Below, piece after piece: positions 45,528 through 56,224 of a DNA stretch of 64,000 bases (position 1 is its first letter; each line of letters begins with the position of its first letter). The notes beneath the pieces were generated by a model, which did not search any database, was not told the origin of the DNA, and saw nothing but the letters and a program-made list of their open reading frames with translations. Both the position numbers and the translations under genes were made by a program. The stretch lies in assembly GCA_033581555.1 (NCBI GenBank), contig JAVQSZ010000003.1, positions 10,654 through 74,653 of the forward strand, written 5' to 3'. The stretch comes from Nitrososphaerota archaeon (GTDB lineage: Archaea; Thermoproteota; Nitrososphaeria_A; Caldarchaeales; Calditenuaceae).

Positions 45528-46808
45528 ATGTCCCAGACGGGTTTCGTTGGCAAGACCTCCCAGACCGTGGCAGCGGTGCTGATCGCGGTCTCGCTGATCA
45601 CGGGGTTCGTGTTCGGCGCAGCGGCCGCACCGGCGATCTTCCCGCCACCTACCCGGACTCAGACCGTCACACAGACCGCGACGCTGGCGACGACGGTGGT
45701 CCGGACGACCCAAGTGGTAACGACATCCCTCGTGGTAACAACGTCGCTCGTCACGGTAACGCAGCGGGTCGAGGTCGTCGAGCCTCCGGTCAAGTACGCG
45801 AAGCTCTTCAGCATCGAGAGGAGGGACGGGTTCACCGTCCTCAGGGACGGGGTCAACAGGACGATCCTTCTGGTGCCGAAGGGCAGGACCGCGCCCGACA
45901 TAAAGGCGGACCTCGTCGTGACGGTTCCGGTCGAGCGGATGGTCCTGATGTCAGCGACCCACGTGGCGCTGATCGAGAGGCTGAGGGAGTACGCGCCCGA
46001 CTTGCTGACCAGGGTCAAGGGAATAATGTGGGGGAACTCCTATCGGTGGTTCTTCCCGGAGATCGATAAGGCCCTGAAGGACGGCAGGATCGCTGACGTC
46101 GGGGCCGCGTTTTCGCCGAACTACGAGGCGATCGTCGCGCTGAGGCCCGACCTGGTCATGATCTACACGTACCCCGGCGACCCGATACCGTCGAAGCTCG
46201 CTGAGCTGAAGCTGCCGTACGTCGTCAACAGCGAGTACCTTGAGGACACGCTGCTCGGGAGGTTCGAGTGGATCAAGTTCGTCGGCGCGTTCCTCGGGTT
46301 GGACGAGGAGGCCAGGACCGTCTTCAGGTACGTCGAGGCGTCCTATCAGCTGACCGTTGAGAAGGTGGCTGGCGCGATCGACGCGAAGCTGGCGACCCCG
46401 AAGAAGATCGTCTGGTTCTCGGTCTTCAGGGGCACGGTCTACGTCGCGGCCGGAGGTAGCTACGTCGCCAAGGCGATCGGCGACCTCAAGGGGGTCTACG
46501 CCTTCTCGGACGTCAGGGGGACCGGGAGCGGCACCGTGACGATGGAGGAGCTGGTGAAGCGGGCCGCTGACGCGGACGTGATCATGCTCTCGACCGACCT
46601 GGTGGCGTCGCTGGACGCGCTGCTGGCTGAGGTTCCTGGCCTCGCTGGGTCGAAGGCGGTGAGGGAGGGCCGGGTCTTCAGGTACAACTCGAACATCTTC
46701 CAGCTCGGCTACTACGACACTGAGGGTTGGTTCAGGGACCTTGCGGCGGTCCTCTACCCGGAGCTTTTCAAGGACCACCAGCTGAACTACTACGTTAGGC
46801 TCCGGTGA
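45528..46808 (+). CDS. Fe-siderophore/cobalamin ABC transporter substrate-binding protein with Thr-rich stalk
   Basis: YAKLFSI, VPVERMV, EAIVALRPDLV, LGRFEWIKF; N-terminal TM followed by Thr-rich linker. Confidence 0.88.
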   Translation: MSQTGFVGKTSQTVAAVLIAVSLITGFVFGAAAAPAIFPPPTRTQTVTQTATLATTVVRTTQVVTTSLVVTTSLVTVTQRVEVVEPPVKYAKLFSIERRDGFTVLRDGVNRTILLVPKGRTAPDIKADLVVTVPVERMVLMSATHVALIERLREYAPDLLTRVKGIMWGNSYRWFFPEIDKALKDGRIADVGAAFSPNYEAIVALRPDLVMIYTYPGDPIPSKLAELKLPYVVNSEYLEDTLLGRFEWIKFVGAFLGLDEEARTVFRYVEASYQLTVEKVAGAIDAKLATPKKIVWFSVFRGTVYVAAGGSYVAKAIGDLKGVYAFSDVRGTGSGTVTMEELVKRAADADVIMLSTDLVASLDALLAEVPGLAGSKAVREGRVFRYNSNIFQLGYYDTEGWFRDLAAVLYPELFKDHQLNYYVRLR

Positions 46809-47818
46809 CCCGATTTTTGAGGCACTGGCCGCTCCCGCTCCTCGGAGCCTCTTTATTCGGTTCCTTGCTCCTCTCGGTCTCGACGGGGACGGTCAGGATA
46901 CCCTTTGAGGTAGCGGTCGCCCACGTCTTCGGGCTTAGCTCCGCCGACCGCGTCACCGCGGCCGTCCTCGACATCAGGACGCTGAGGGTGTTGGCGGCGG
47001 CGATCACCGGCGCGTGCCTCGGCGCCTCCGGGGCCCTGCTCCAGTCGCTCTTCCGAAACCCCCTCGCGGACCCGTTCGTCCTCGGGATATCGTCGGGCTC
47101 GTCGCTCGCGATCGCGCTGACGCTGGTCTTCGGACTCGGGGGCGGCCTGATCTCCCAGTACGACCCCTATGCCCTTTACGCGGCAGGAGCGGTCGGCGCC
47201 CTCCTCACGTCGCTCCTGGTCATCTCGCTCTCGTCGGTGGTCCAGTCGGTCTCCTCGATCGTCCTCGTCGGCGTGATGATCGGGTACCTTAACTCCGGGC
47301 TTACCGCCCTCGTGGTCTTCCTCTCGGAGGTCGAGAGGGCCAGGGCCTTCAGCTTCTGGACGCTCGGGAGCTTCGGGGCCGCGAAGTGGTCGATCCTCCT
47401 CCCGCTCCTTCCGGTCTCGGTCGCGACGCTCCTCACTATGCTCCTCATGGCGAAGCCCCTGAACGCACTAGCTTTCGGGGACGAGACCGCGGTCTCGATG
47501 GGCGTGAGGCTCAGACTAACGAACGTCGCGACGGTCGCGGTGGCGGCCTCTGCGCTCAGTGCCTCGACGTTGATCGCGGGGCCGATCGGCTTCATCGGGC
47601 TCGCCTCCGCCCATATCGTGAAGCTGACCCTTGACACCTCCGACAACAGAGTCGTGATCCCGCTCTCTGCGGTCGTCGGCGCGACGGTCGCGATCCTTTC
47701 CGACCTCGCCGCGAGGTCGCTGTTGGCTCCGCTCGACCTCCCGGTCACGGCGGTCACCTCGATCTTCGGCGCTCCGCTCCTCGTGTTCCTGGTCCTCAGG
47801 AGGAGGGCGTGGAGTTGA
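46805..47818 (+). CDS. FecCD/BtuC family ABC permease
   Basis: FRNPLADPFVLGISSG, GPIGFIGL, FGAP. Confidence 0.93.
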   Translation: MTRFLRHWPLPLLGASLFGSLLLSVSTGTVRIPFEVAVAHVFGLSSADRVTAAVLDIRTLRVLAAAITGACLGASGALLQSLFRNPLADPFVLGISSGSSLAIALTLVFGLGGGLISQYDPYALYAAGAVGALLTSLLVISLSSVVQSVSSIVLVGVMIGYLNSGLTALVVFLSEVERARAFSFWTLGSFGAAKWSILLPLLPVSVATLLTMLLMAKPLNALAFGDETAVSMGVRLRLTNVATVAVAASALSASTLIAGPIGFIGLASAHIVKLTLDTSDNRVVIPLSAVVGATVAILSDLAARSLLAPLDLPVTAVTSIFGAPLLVFLVLRRRAWS

Positions 47819-49032
47819 TCGAGGCCAGGGCGCTCTCGGTGGGGTACGGCGCGAAGGTCGTGTTGGGTAATGTTGAGCTCGAGGTGCGGCCCGGCGAGCT
47901 GACCCTTCTGATCGGGCCCAACGCTTCTGGCAAGTCGACGCTCCTTAAGACGCTGGCAGGCGTCCTGAAGCCGGTCATGGGCGCGGTCTACGTCTCGGGC
48001 TCTGAGCTCCATGGGCTATCGCCCCGGGAGAGGGCGAAGAAGGTGAGCGCGGTCTTCACGGGCAGGCCCAATTTAGGCGCGATGACCGTCGAGGAGGTCG
48101 TCGCGATGGGGAGGTACCCGTGGACGAACCTGGCCCACCTCCTCTCCGAGGAGGACAGGAGGGCCGTAGAAGGGGCGATGAAAGACGTGGGGGTCCTCCA
48201 GCTGAGGCGCAGGAAGGTCTCTGAGCTCAGCGACGGCCAGTTCCAGCGGGTCATGATCGCGAGGGCCCTCGCCCAGTCTCCCCGGTGCCTCGTCCTCGAC
48301 GAACCGACGACCCACCTCGACGTGAGGTCCCGCCTGGAGGTGATGGGGCTGCTCCTCAGGCTCACGAGGACTAGGGGGATCGCCGCGATCGCCTCGACCC
48401 ACGAGCTAGAGCTGGCCCTTAGGTTCGCCGACAGGATAGTCGCGATCCTCGACGGTTCGATCGTGGTGAGGGACGACCCCGAGGACCTCCTCAGGGAAGA
48501 GGCGTTCCTGAGGGGCTTCGGGCTGAACGGAGAGCTCACGATCTCCCCAGCGACCCTCTCGGTCGAGTTCAGGCGCGGCTCTTCGCAAGGCTCTCCGCGG
48601 GTCTTCGTGATCGCGGGGGCCGGGACCGGCTCAAGGGTCTTCAGGGCCTTGACCAGGAGGGGCGTCAGGGTCCTGACGGGCGTCCTGCACCGGAACGACG
48701 TCGACCACCACGTAGCGGCGTCGATGGGGATAGAGGTGATCTCGGAGGAGCCCTTTCACCCGATCAGTGAGGCGAGCTACTCGGCTGCGCTCTCGACCGC
48801 CCTCGGGTCAGACGCGGTCGTCTACGCTTCGCCCCCCATCGGCCCGTTGAACAGGAGGAACGTCGACCTCGCGAAGGAGCTGGTCAGAGCGGGCAGGAGG
48901 GTCCTGGTGATGCCCGGGGTCTCGTCGGGACTTGTGAGGGGCGCGGAGGAGGTGGAGGGCGTGGGGAGGCTGATCGAGGAGCTCGTCGGGGCCGGGGACA
49001 GGGTTAAGTGGGCTGAGGCCCGGTCAGGCTGA
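47809..49032 (+). CDS. ABC ATPase (FepC/BtuD-like) with C-terminal extension
   Basis: GPNASGKST, LSDGQFQR, LDEPT; extension VFVIAGAGTG...GVLHRNDVD. Confidence 0.92.
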   Translation: MELIEARALSVGYGAKVVLGNVELEVRPGELTLLIGPNASGKSTLLKTLAGVLKPVMGAVYVSGSELHGLSPRERAKKVSAVFTGRPNLGAMTVEEVVAMGRYPWTNLAHLLSEEDRRAVEGAMKDVGVLQLRRRKVSELSDGQFQRVMIARALAQSPRCLVLDEPTTHLDVRSRLEVMGLLLRLTRTRGIAAIASTHELELALRFADRIVAILDGSIVVRDDPEDLLREEAFLRGFGLNGELTISPATLSVEFRRGSSQGSPRVFVIAGAGTGSRVFRALTRRGVRVLTGVLHRNDVDHHVAASMGIEVISEEPFHPISEASYSAALSTALGSDAVVYASPPIGPLNRRNVDLAKELVRAGRRVLVMPGVSSGLVRGAEEVEGVGRLIEELVGAGDRVKWAEARSG

Positions 49033-49683
49033 GTGAGCGGGCTGCCGCGGCACTACGTCGGGTTCTTCGAGCTCGTCCAGGGGGCGCTCTCGAGGCTCGT
49101 GAGGCTGGAGCACCTCCACGTCTCAGGACCGGTGAGGGTCTGCGCCGCCGACGCCTCGTACTCTGACGGGGTGGGGAGGGCCGGGTGCGTGGTGGTGAGC
49201 CTGCCCGACTGGAGGGTCATCGAGGAGAGGTCGGCTGAGCTGGAGGTCCTCTTCCCGTACGTTCCAGGCCTCCTCTTCCTCAGGGAGGGGCCCTTAGTCG
49301 TCGAGTGCGTCAGCGGACTGAGGGAGGAGTTCTCGGTCCTCGTGGTGAACGGCCACGGCGTCGCACACCCAAGGCGCGCTGGGCTCGCGTCGGTCGTAGG
49401 GCTGCTCCTCTCGGTCCCGACCGTCGGCGTCGCGGGTTCCCTGCTGGTCGGAGAGGCGAGGTGGAGGGGCTCGGTGGGCGACGTGGTCCTAAGAAACGAG
49501 GTGGTCGGCAGGTGCTACAGGACGCCGGGAGGAGAAGAGTACTTCGTCAGCCCGGGCCACCTCACGGACCTCGAGACCGTCGACGAGCTATTGGACCTCA
49601 CTGGGATGAGGCTTCACGAGCTGGTGGGACTGGCGGACCTCATCGCCTCTCGCCGGAGGCCCTCGCGACCAGCTGGGGCTTGA
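49033..49683 (+). CDS. nfi: Endonuclease V
   Basis: ADASY, PYVPGLLFLRE, NGHGVAHPRRAGLAS, VSPGH. Confidence 0.9.
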   Translation: MSGLPRHYVGFFELVQGALSRLVRLEHLHVSGPVRVCAADASYSDGVGRAGCVVVSLPDWRVIEERSAELEVLFPYVPGLLFLREGPLVVECVSGLREEFSVLVVNGHGVAHPRRAGLASVVGLLLSVPTVGVAGSLLVGEARWRGSVGDVVLRNEVVGRCYRTPGGEEYFVSPGHLTDLETVDELLDLTGMRLHELVGLADLIASRRRPSRPAGA

Positions 49684-50617
49684 GTTGCCCGAGCTTCACG
49701 CCCTCCACGAACCTCACCGCCTCAAGGGCCGCCATGCACCCGAACCCCGCCGCGGTTATCGCCTGCTTGTACTTCTTGTCATGGACGTCGCCCGCCGCGA
49801 AGACCCCGTCGACGCTCGTCTTGACGAATTCCCTCGTTACGATGTAACCCTCCTCGTCGAGCTCGACCCAGCCCCTCAGGAACTCGGTGGCCGGCGCGTG
49901 TCCGATCGCGACGAAGACCGCGTCGCACTCGATCACGCTGGTCTCTCCGGTCTTCACGTTCCTCACCCTCACGGCCCTCACCTTCACGTCCCCGAGGATC
50001 TCCTCGACGACGCTGTTCCACACGAATGATATCTTCGGGTTGGCGAAGGCCCTGTCCTGCATCGCCTTCGAGGCCCTCAGCCTGTCCCTCCTGTGGATAA
50101 CCGTCACCCTCTCGGCGAGGTTCGCGCAGAATAGGGCGTACTCCATGGCCGAGTCGCCCCCGCCCACCACCACTATGTTCTTCGCGCCCTTGAAGAGCGG
50201 GGCGTCGCAGGTCGCGCAGCTCGAGACTCCCCTCCCGATGAACCTCTTCTCGGACTCGAGGCCGAGCCACTTGGAGGCCGCTCCGGTCGCGACGACGATC
50301 GAGAGCGCCGAATACTCCGAGTCTCCGGCGTAGACCTTGAACGGGTACGTCGAGAGGTCCAACGCCCTCACGTCCTCGTAGACCACCTCCGCGCCAGCCC
50401 GTTCCGCCTGTTCCCTCATCCTGTCCATCAGGTCCGGCCCGTTCACGCCATCTGGGAATCCCGGGAAGTTCTCGACTACCGTCGTGAGCATCAGCTGGCC
50501 TCCAGGGGTCACGCCCGCTATCATCAGCGTCTTCATTCCGGCCCTTGCGGCGTAGATCGCTGCCGTGCAGCCCGCGGGCCCCGACCCGATCACGACGACG
50601 TCGTAGGGCTCGGTCAC
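49640..50617 (-). CDS. trxB: Thioredoxin reductase
   Basis: GSGPAG, CATCD, GGGDSA, HRRD, GDV...QAITA. Confidence 0.96.
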   Translation of the reverse strand: MTEPYDVVVIGSGPAGCTAAIYAARAGMKTLMIAGVTPGGQLMLTTVVENFPGFPDGVNGPDLMDRMREQAERAGAEVVYEDVRALDLSTYPFKVYAGDSEYSALSIVVATGAASKWLGLESEKRFIGRGVSSCATCDAPLFKGAKNIVVVGGGDSAMEYALFCANLAERVTVIHRRDRLRASKAMQDRAFANPKISFVWNSVVEEILGDVKVRAVRVRNVKTGETSVIECDAVFVAIGHAPATEFLRGWVELDEEGYIVTREFVKTSVDGVFAAGDVHDKKYKQAITAAGFGCMAALEAVRFVEGVKLGQLKPQLVARASGERR

Positions 50618-50816
50618 CGGGCCGTCACCGTCCCGTGGGCTCTATTAAACCTCCTCAGGGCCGTCCGGTGCGGTACATACGACGCGGTCCCTGTTGAGCG
50701 CGTGTCCGGCTCACCGCGGCGATGGCGGGCGCCCGGTCAGGAACCCTGGCCAGCGTAGGAAGGCGATGCGGAGCCGCTCATCGCTGTCAGAAGTCTTATA
50801 ATTCCATGGTTCCCGA

Positions 50817-51134
50817 GTGTTCGGAATGACTCCCCAGGGAGGAGTGGTCGATCCAGGGCTGGTGGCCTCGATCATTTGGTTCGCGATCGGGTTCGGGGCG
50901 GGGATGTTCGTCATCCGCTTCTGGGCGGTGGTGCTGGCCGCGATAATCGTGGCGCTGATAGCCCCTCTGATCCTCGCTCCCCTCGGCGTCACCCTAAGCC
51001 CCGAGCTCGTAATAGGCACGGCGGTCGGCGGCGTCGAGTGGTTCGCGAGGTTCCTGGTATCCAGGGCGCCGATGTTCGCCGGGTTCATCGTCGGGCTGGT
51101 CCTGAGTCTGTTCCTAAAGTTCCTCAGGGGCTGA
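50817..51134 (+). CDS. Small membrane protein
   Basis: Three to four hydrophobic segments; TTATAA upstream. Confidence 0.7.
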   Translation: MFGMTPQGGVVDPGLVASIIWFAIGFGAGMFVIRFWAVVLAAIIVALIAPLILAPLGVTLSPELVIGTAVGGVEWFARFLVSRAPMFAGFIVGLVLSLFLKFLRG

Positions 51135-51210
51135 GCGGGCAGGAAGAGGTCGGGGCTGAGTCTCAACCCGGCTGAAGACGTTTAATGTGGGTCCATGCGG
51201 CGAAGAGGGG

Positions 51211-52143
51211 ATGAGGTGCGTCCGCTGTGGCAGCGAGGGTGCGAGGTACGCGCTCTCCTTCGCGAGGGCAGCGTTCTGCAGGGAGTGCTACGTCTCCCGC
51301 TTCGAGAGGAAGCTGAGGTCGACGGTCCTGAAGTACGGCATGCATAGGGTGATGAGGAGGACGCTGGTCGCGGTCTCAGGGGGGAAGGACAGCGTCGCGC
51401 TGCTCGCGGGCCTCAAGAGGGCCTTCGGGGACCTGGACCTGACCGCGCTCTACATCGACCTCGGCATACCGAACTACTCTGAGAGGTCAGAGGAGGTGGT
51501 GAGGAGGGTCTGCGAGCGGCTCGGCGTCCCTCTGATGGTTCACGAACTCAAGTCCTCCGAGGGCGTCTCTATACCCGAGCTCGCGGTCGGTAGGTTCAGG
51601 AGGAAGCCCTGTGCGGTCTGCGGGACCGTGAAGAGGCACGTCCTGAACAGGATCGCGGTCGAGAACGGGTTCGACACGGTCGCGACGGGCCACAACCTCG
51701 ACGACACGGTCGAGGTCCTCTTCGAGCTCTACAGGAGGGGCCTTCTGGAGGAGGCCGCGAGGCTGAGGCCGGTACTCCTGGGCAACGGAGCGAACCTCGC
51801 GAACAGGGTTAAGCCGCTCTTCGAGATGACCGACGAGGAGGACCTCTACTACGTCGACGCCCTCGAGCTGGAGCACGTCGACTCCTGGTGCCCTTTGGTC
51901 AGGGGATCCCGAATGGTCTCGAGGAAGCAGCTCGTCCTCGAGATCGAGTCCAAAATACCCGGGTTCAGGCACACCCTCCTCAAGGCACACGTCAAGAGGG
52001 TCCTTCCGCTCCTCGACGCGGCCGTCCCGAGGGTAGAGACTAGGCCCTGCAAGTCCTGTGGTCAGCCGACGACCTCCGACGTCTGTGCTTACTGCAGGAC
52101 GGTCACAGGCTTGAAGGCTAGGGCCCCTGGCCCTGGCGGCTGA
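51211..52143 (+). CDS. tRNA 2-thiolation protein, TtuA/Ncs6 family
   Basis: N-terminal CxxC..CxxC, SGGKDS, CAVCG, GHNLDD, CP, C-terminal CKSCG..CAYC. Confidence 0.9.
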   Translation: MRCVRCGSEGARYALSFARAAFCRECYVSRFERKLRSTVLKYGMHRVMRRTLVAVSGGKDSVALLAGLKRAFGDLDLTALYIDLGIPNYSERSEEVVRRVCERLGVPLMVHELKSSEGVSIPELAVGRFRRKPCAVCGTVKRHVLNRIAVENGFDTVATGHNLDDTVEVLFELYRRGLLEEAARLRPVLLGNGANLANRVKPLFEMTDEEDLYYVDALELEHVDSWCPLVRGSRMVSRKQLVLEIESKIPGFRHTLLKAHVKRVLPLLDAAVPRVETRPCKSCGQPTTSDVCAYCRTVTGLKARAPGPGG

Positions 52144-52606
52144 GCTGGGCGCTCGGGGAGACCAGCTGGTACCTCACCTCGGACTTGAGGACCCTCGTTG
52201 TGACGAAGACGTGGACCTCCCTCACCCCCTCGATCCTCCTGACCGCGCTCACCCTCCCCTGGAGGTCCTGCAGGTCGGTCCCGAAGACGACAGCGATCAG
52301 GTCGTACTCGCCGCTCAGCTGGTAGACGTTCGTGACCTCCCTCATGCCGATCAACCTCTCCGCGACCGACTCCAACCTCCCCGGCTCGACCTTGATCATC
52401 AGGGCCGCCGATACCGTCAGGCCTAGGGCCCTCGGGTCGAGCAGGACCGTGAACCTCCTGATCACGCCGTTCCTCATCAGCCTCCTGATCCTGTACCGGA
52501 TCGTGTTCTGGTGGACGCCAAGCCTTCGCGCAATCTCCGCCGCGGTCCTCCTCGAGTCCTCCTGGAGGGCGTCGATGATCCTCGCGTCGAGCTCGTCGAT
52601 CTTCAA
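52118..52606 (-). CDS. Lrp/AsnC family transcriptional regulator
   Basis: IDELDARII..LQEDSR HTH; SGEYDL. Confidence 0.93.
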   Translation of the reverse strand: MKIDELDARIIDALQEDSRRTAAEIARRLGVHQNTIRYRIRRLMRNGVIRRFTVLLDPRALGLTVSAALMIKVEPGRLESVAERLIGMREVTNVYQLSGEYDLIAVVFGTDLQDLQGRVSAVRRIEGVREVHVFVTTRVLKSEVRYQLVSPSAQLSRQGQGP

Positions 52607-52729
52607 CCCCGGACTGACTTCCGGCCGGCAGGATTTAGCTTCACGGACCTCCAGGAGCGCGATCGGCTCCGAGGAATGGGGCGCAGCGCGTCCTCAGGAT
52701 TTATATGGTGAGCGGATCCGGTGGGGCCG

Positions 52730-54136
<1,407 letters not shown>

Positions 54137-54146
54137 CCTCCGGGTT

Positions 54147-55397
54147 GTGCTGCTGCAGCTTACTCTCTCACAGAAGGAGACCAACCACGCCCGATACCAC
54201 GACCTGATCCTGTCCGCCGCGAAGTCCTGGAGCAGGGTCGAGGTCCACGCGGACGGCCATAGGGTCCCGGTGCAGTGGTTCCCAGAGGTCGAGTCCAGAT
54301 GGGCCCTGGTCACTCTCTACTCTAGGGGAGATCCGGTCAAGGTCACGGAGTCCGGCGTGGAGGTTGAGGTCTCGGCGAGGTATTCGGCCGAGGGCGTCGT
54401 GGACCCGAGCTCGAGGCTGAGGGTGAGCGTCACCAACGATGAGGTCACGGTCTTCACCGACCACCTGTCCACCGTGCCTTCGTTCGTCGCCGCGGGCGAG
54501 GTCCTTGGGCTGGTCATGTGGCCCCGGGCCTTGGAGGCGCGGTCCGTTCTGAGGTCGCCTCCCCGCTCTGTGCTGAGGCTGAGGCCGGACTCCGTGAGCT
54601 CGGTGACGGAGGGCTTACCGGAGCAAGGTGAGACGGCGACCGTGACGGCGCAGGGGTTGCTCGAGGCCATCGAGGACTCGGTCGTTCGGAACGTCGGAGA
54701 CCGGTGCGCGGTCGGGCTCTCGGGAGGGCTGGACAGCGGCCTCATCCTGAAGCTGGTCGCGGAGCGGAAGAGGGGCGCGGTCGCGGTGACCGTTGGAGTC
54801 AGGGGCTCGGAGGACCTCGAGAGGGCGAGGCGGGTCGCGGAGAAGCTCGGCGTCGATCACGTAACCCACGAGCTCTCTGAGGAAGAGGTCGTCGCGGCCG
54901 CGGCTTACGTCAGGCGGGCGATGGGCCTGAAGAGCCCGATGTGCGTCTCACTCGGCGTGATCAACCACGTCTGCGCCTCCCTCGCGAAGTCGCTGGGTAG
55001 GACTCAATTGGTAGTTGGGCAGGGAGCGGACGAGCTCTTCGGAGGTTACGCGAAGTACGTCGGGGCCCTCGAGGAGGGCGGATACCAGGCCCTGGACAGC
55101 GCGATGAGGTCGGACCTGAGGGAGCTCTGGAGGCAGGGGATCGTCAGGGACTACGTCTCCGCGGCGTTAGGTGGAGTCACGCTCACGGCCCCTTACCTCG
55201 ACCCTAGGGTCGTGGAGCTCGCGAGGGCGGCGCCGGCGGAGCTCAAGGTGAGAGGCTCGGAGAGGAAGGTCCTCCTGAGGGGGGCCGCGAGGCTCGCCTC
55301 CGTGCCCGAGGAGGTCTGGAGGGCCGAGAAGAGGGCCGCGCAGTACAGCACCGGCGTCGAGAAGGTCGTGAGGAGGTGGTTGAGGCGCACGGTTTAA
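54147..55397 (+). CDS. Asparagine synthase-like ATP pyrophosphatase with degenerate N-terminal amidotransferase domain
   Basis: LSGGLDSG, GQGADELFGGY, PYLD, KRAAQYSTG; no N-terminal Cys. Confidence 0.82.
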   Translation: MLLQLTLSQKETNHARYHDLILSAAKSWSRVEVHADGHRVPVQWFPEVESRWALVTLYSRGDPVKVTESGVEVEVSARYSAEGVVDPSSRLRVSVTNDEVTVFTDHLSTVPSFVAAGEVLGLVMWPRALEARSVLRSPPRSVLRLRPDSVSSVTEGLPEQGETATVTAQGLLEAIEDSVVRNVGDRCAVGLSGGLDSGLILKLVAERKRGAVAVTVGVRGSEDLERARRVAEKLGVDHVTHELSEEEVVAAAAYVRRAMGLKSPMCVSLGVINHVCASLAKSLGRTQLVVGQGADELFGGYAKYVGALEEGGYQALDSAMRSDLRELWRQGIVRDYVSAALGGVTLTAPYLDPRVVELARAAPAELKVRGSERKVLLRGAARLASVPEEVWRAEKRAAQYSTGVEKVVRRWLRRTV

Positions 55398-55421
55398 TTC
55401 GGGTCCCAATGGGTTCGGGGC

Positions 55422-55580
55422 GTGGAGCGGTTTGAGGACCCGCTGATCAGGAGGCTGAAGGGGCCTTCGCCGGTCTTGCCATCTGACATCGAGCTGCTAG
55501 TGAGGGAGGTCGCCGCGCTGAAGGAGGAGGTCAAGAGGATCAAGAGGGCGCTGGCCGAGGCGGGCATCAAGATAGACTAG
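55422..55580 (+). CDS. Small 52-aa coiled-coil protein (not in ORF track)
   Basis: Manual translation MERFEDPLIRRLKGPSPVLPSDIELLVREVAALKEEVKRIKRALAEAGIKID; TTTAAT about 25 nt upstream; host codon usage. Confidence 0.65.
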   Translation: MERFEDPLIRRLKGPSPVLPSDIELLVREVAALKEEVKRIKRALAEAGIKID

Positions 55581-56127
55581 GCAGGTCCGGGTAGAGCCGG
55601 TTGAGGAGCGTCCTCAGCCTCTTTGCCACCGAGAGCGTGAGCGAGACGTCCTCCCTGCAGTGCCTGAGTATCTTCGTCATGCTGGCCTTGTCCCCCAGTA
55701 GCGCCGCTTCGTAGAGGTAGGGGACGTCGGCGCCCGTAGTCGGCTCGGCCCGCCTCAACCCGAGGAACCGGGCGACGTTCGTGAGTGAGCTGTTGCTCAA
55801 CTTCATCTGTCTCTCGACCAGGTCGGCGAGGTCGATGTGCCTCGGGTTGTAGAGCGGCCCGGGGTCGACGCCCAGCTTGACCGCCCTAGAGGCGAGCCAG
55901 GGCACGTCGAACTCCCTCCCCCTCCAGGTGAAGAGCAGGTGCGCCTTGCCTAGGTCGGTCACGACCCTGCTCAGCACGGACTTCTCCTCCGCCTGCCTCC
56001 TGACCACGTAGGCCCTCAACCTCTCCGTCCAGTAGTCCCCGATTACCGCGCAGACCAAGTGCCCCTCGTCCGCGTGGAGCGACGTCGTCTCGATGTCCAG
56101 CGCGACGACGACCGGCCTGACCCTCAA
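55567..56127 (-). CDS. YprB/MrfB-like RNase H-fold (DEDD) exonuclease
   Basis: LDIETT, FTW.G..FDVP, HIDL, HCREDV. Confidence 0.85.
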   Translation of the reverse strand: MRVRPVVVALDIETTSLHADEGHLVCAVIGDYWTERLRAYVVRRQAEEKSVLSRVVTDLGKAHLLFTWRGREFDVPWLASRAVKLGVDPGPLYNPRHIDLADLVERQMKLSNSSLTNVARFLGLRRAEPTTGADVPYLYEAALLGDKASMTKILRHCREDVSLTLSVAKRLRTLLNRLYPDLPSLS

Positions 56128-56224
56128 CGCGGGCCGAAGGGCCCTGACTGATAATAAGGTTGGGGCGCCGGCCGTCGGCCGCCGCACCTGGTTCGCTCAA
56201 ATACCTCAAGTCGCCTCGAATCCG

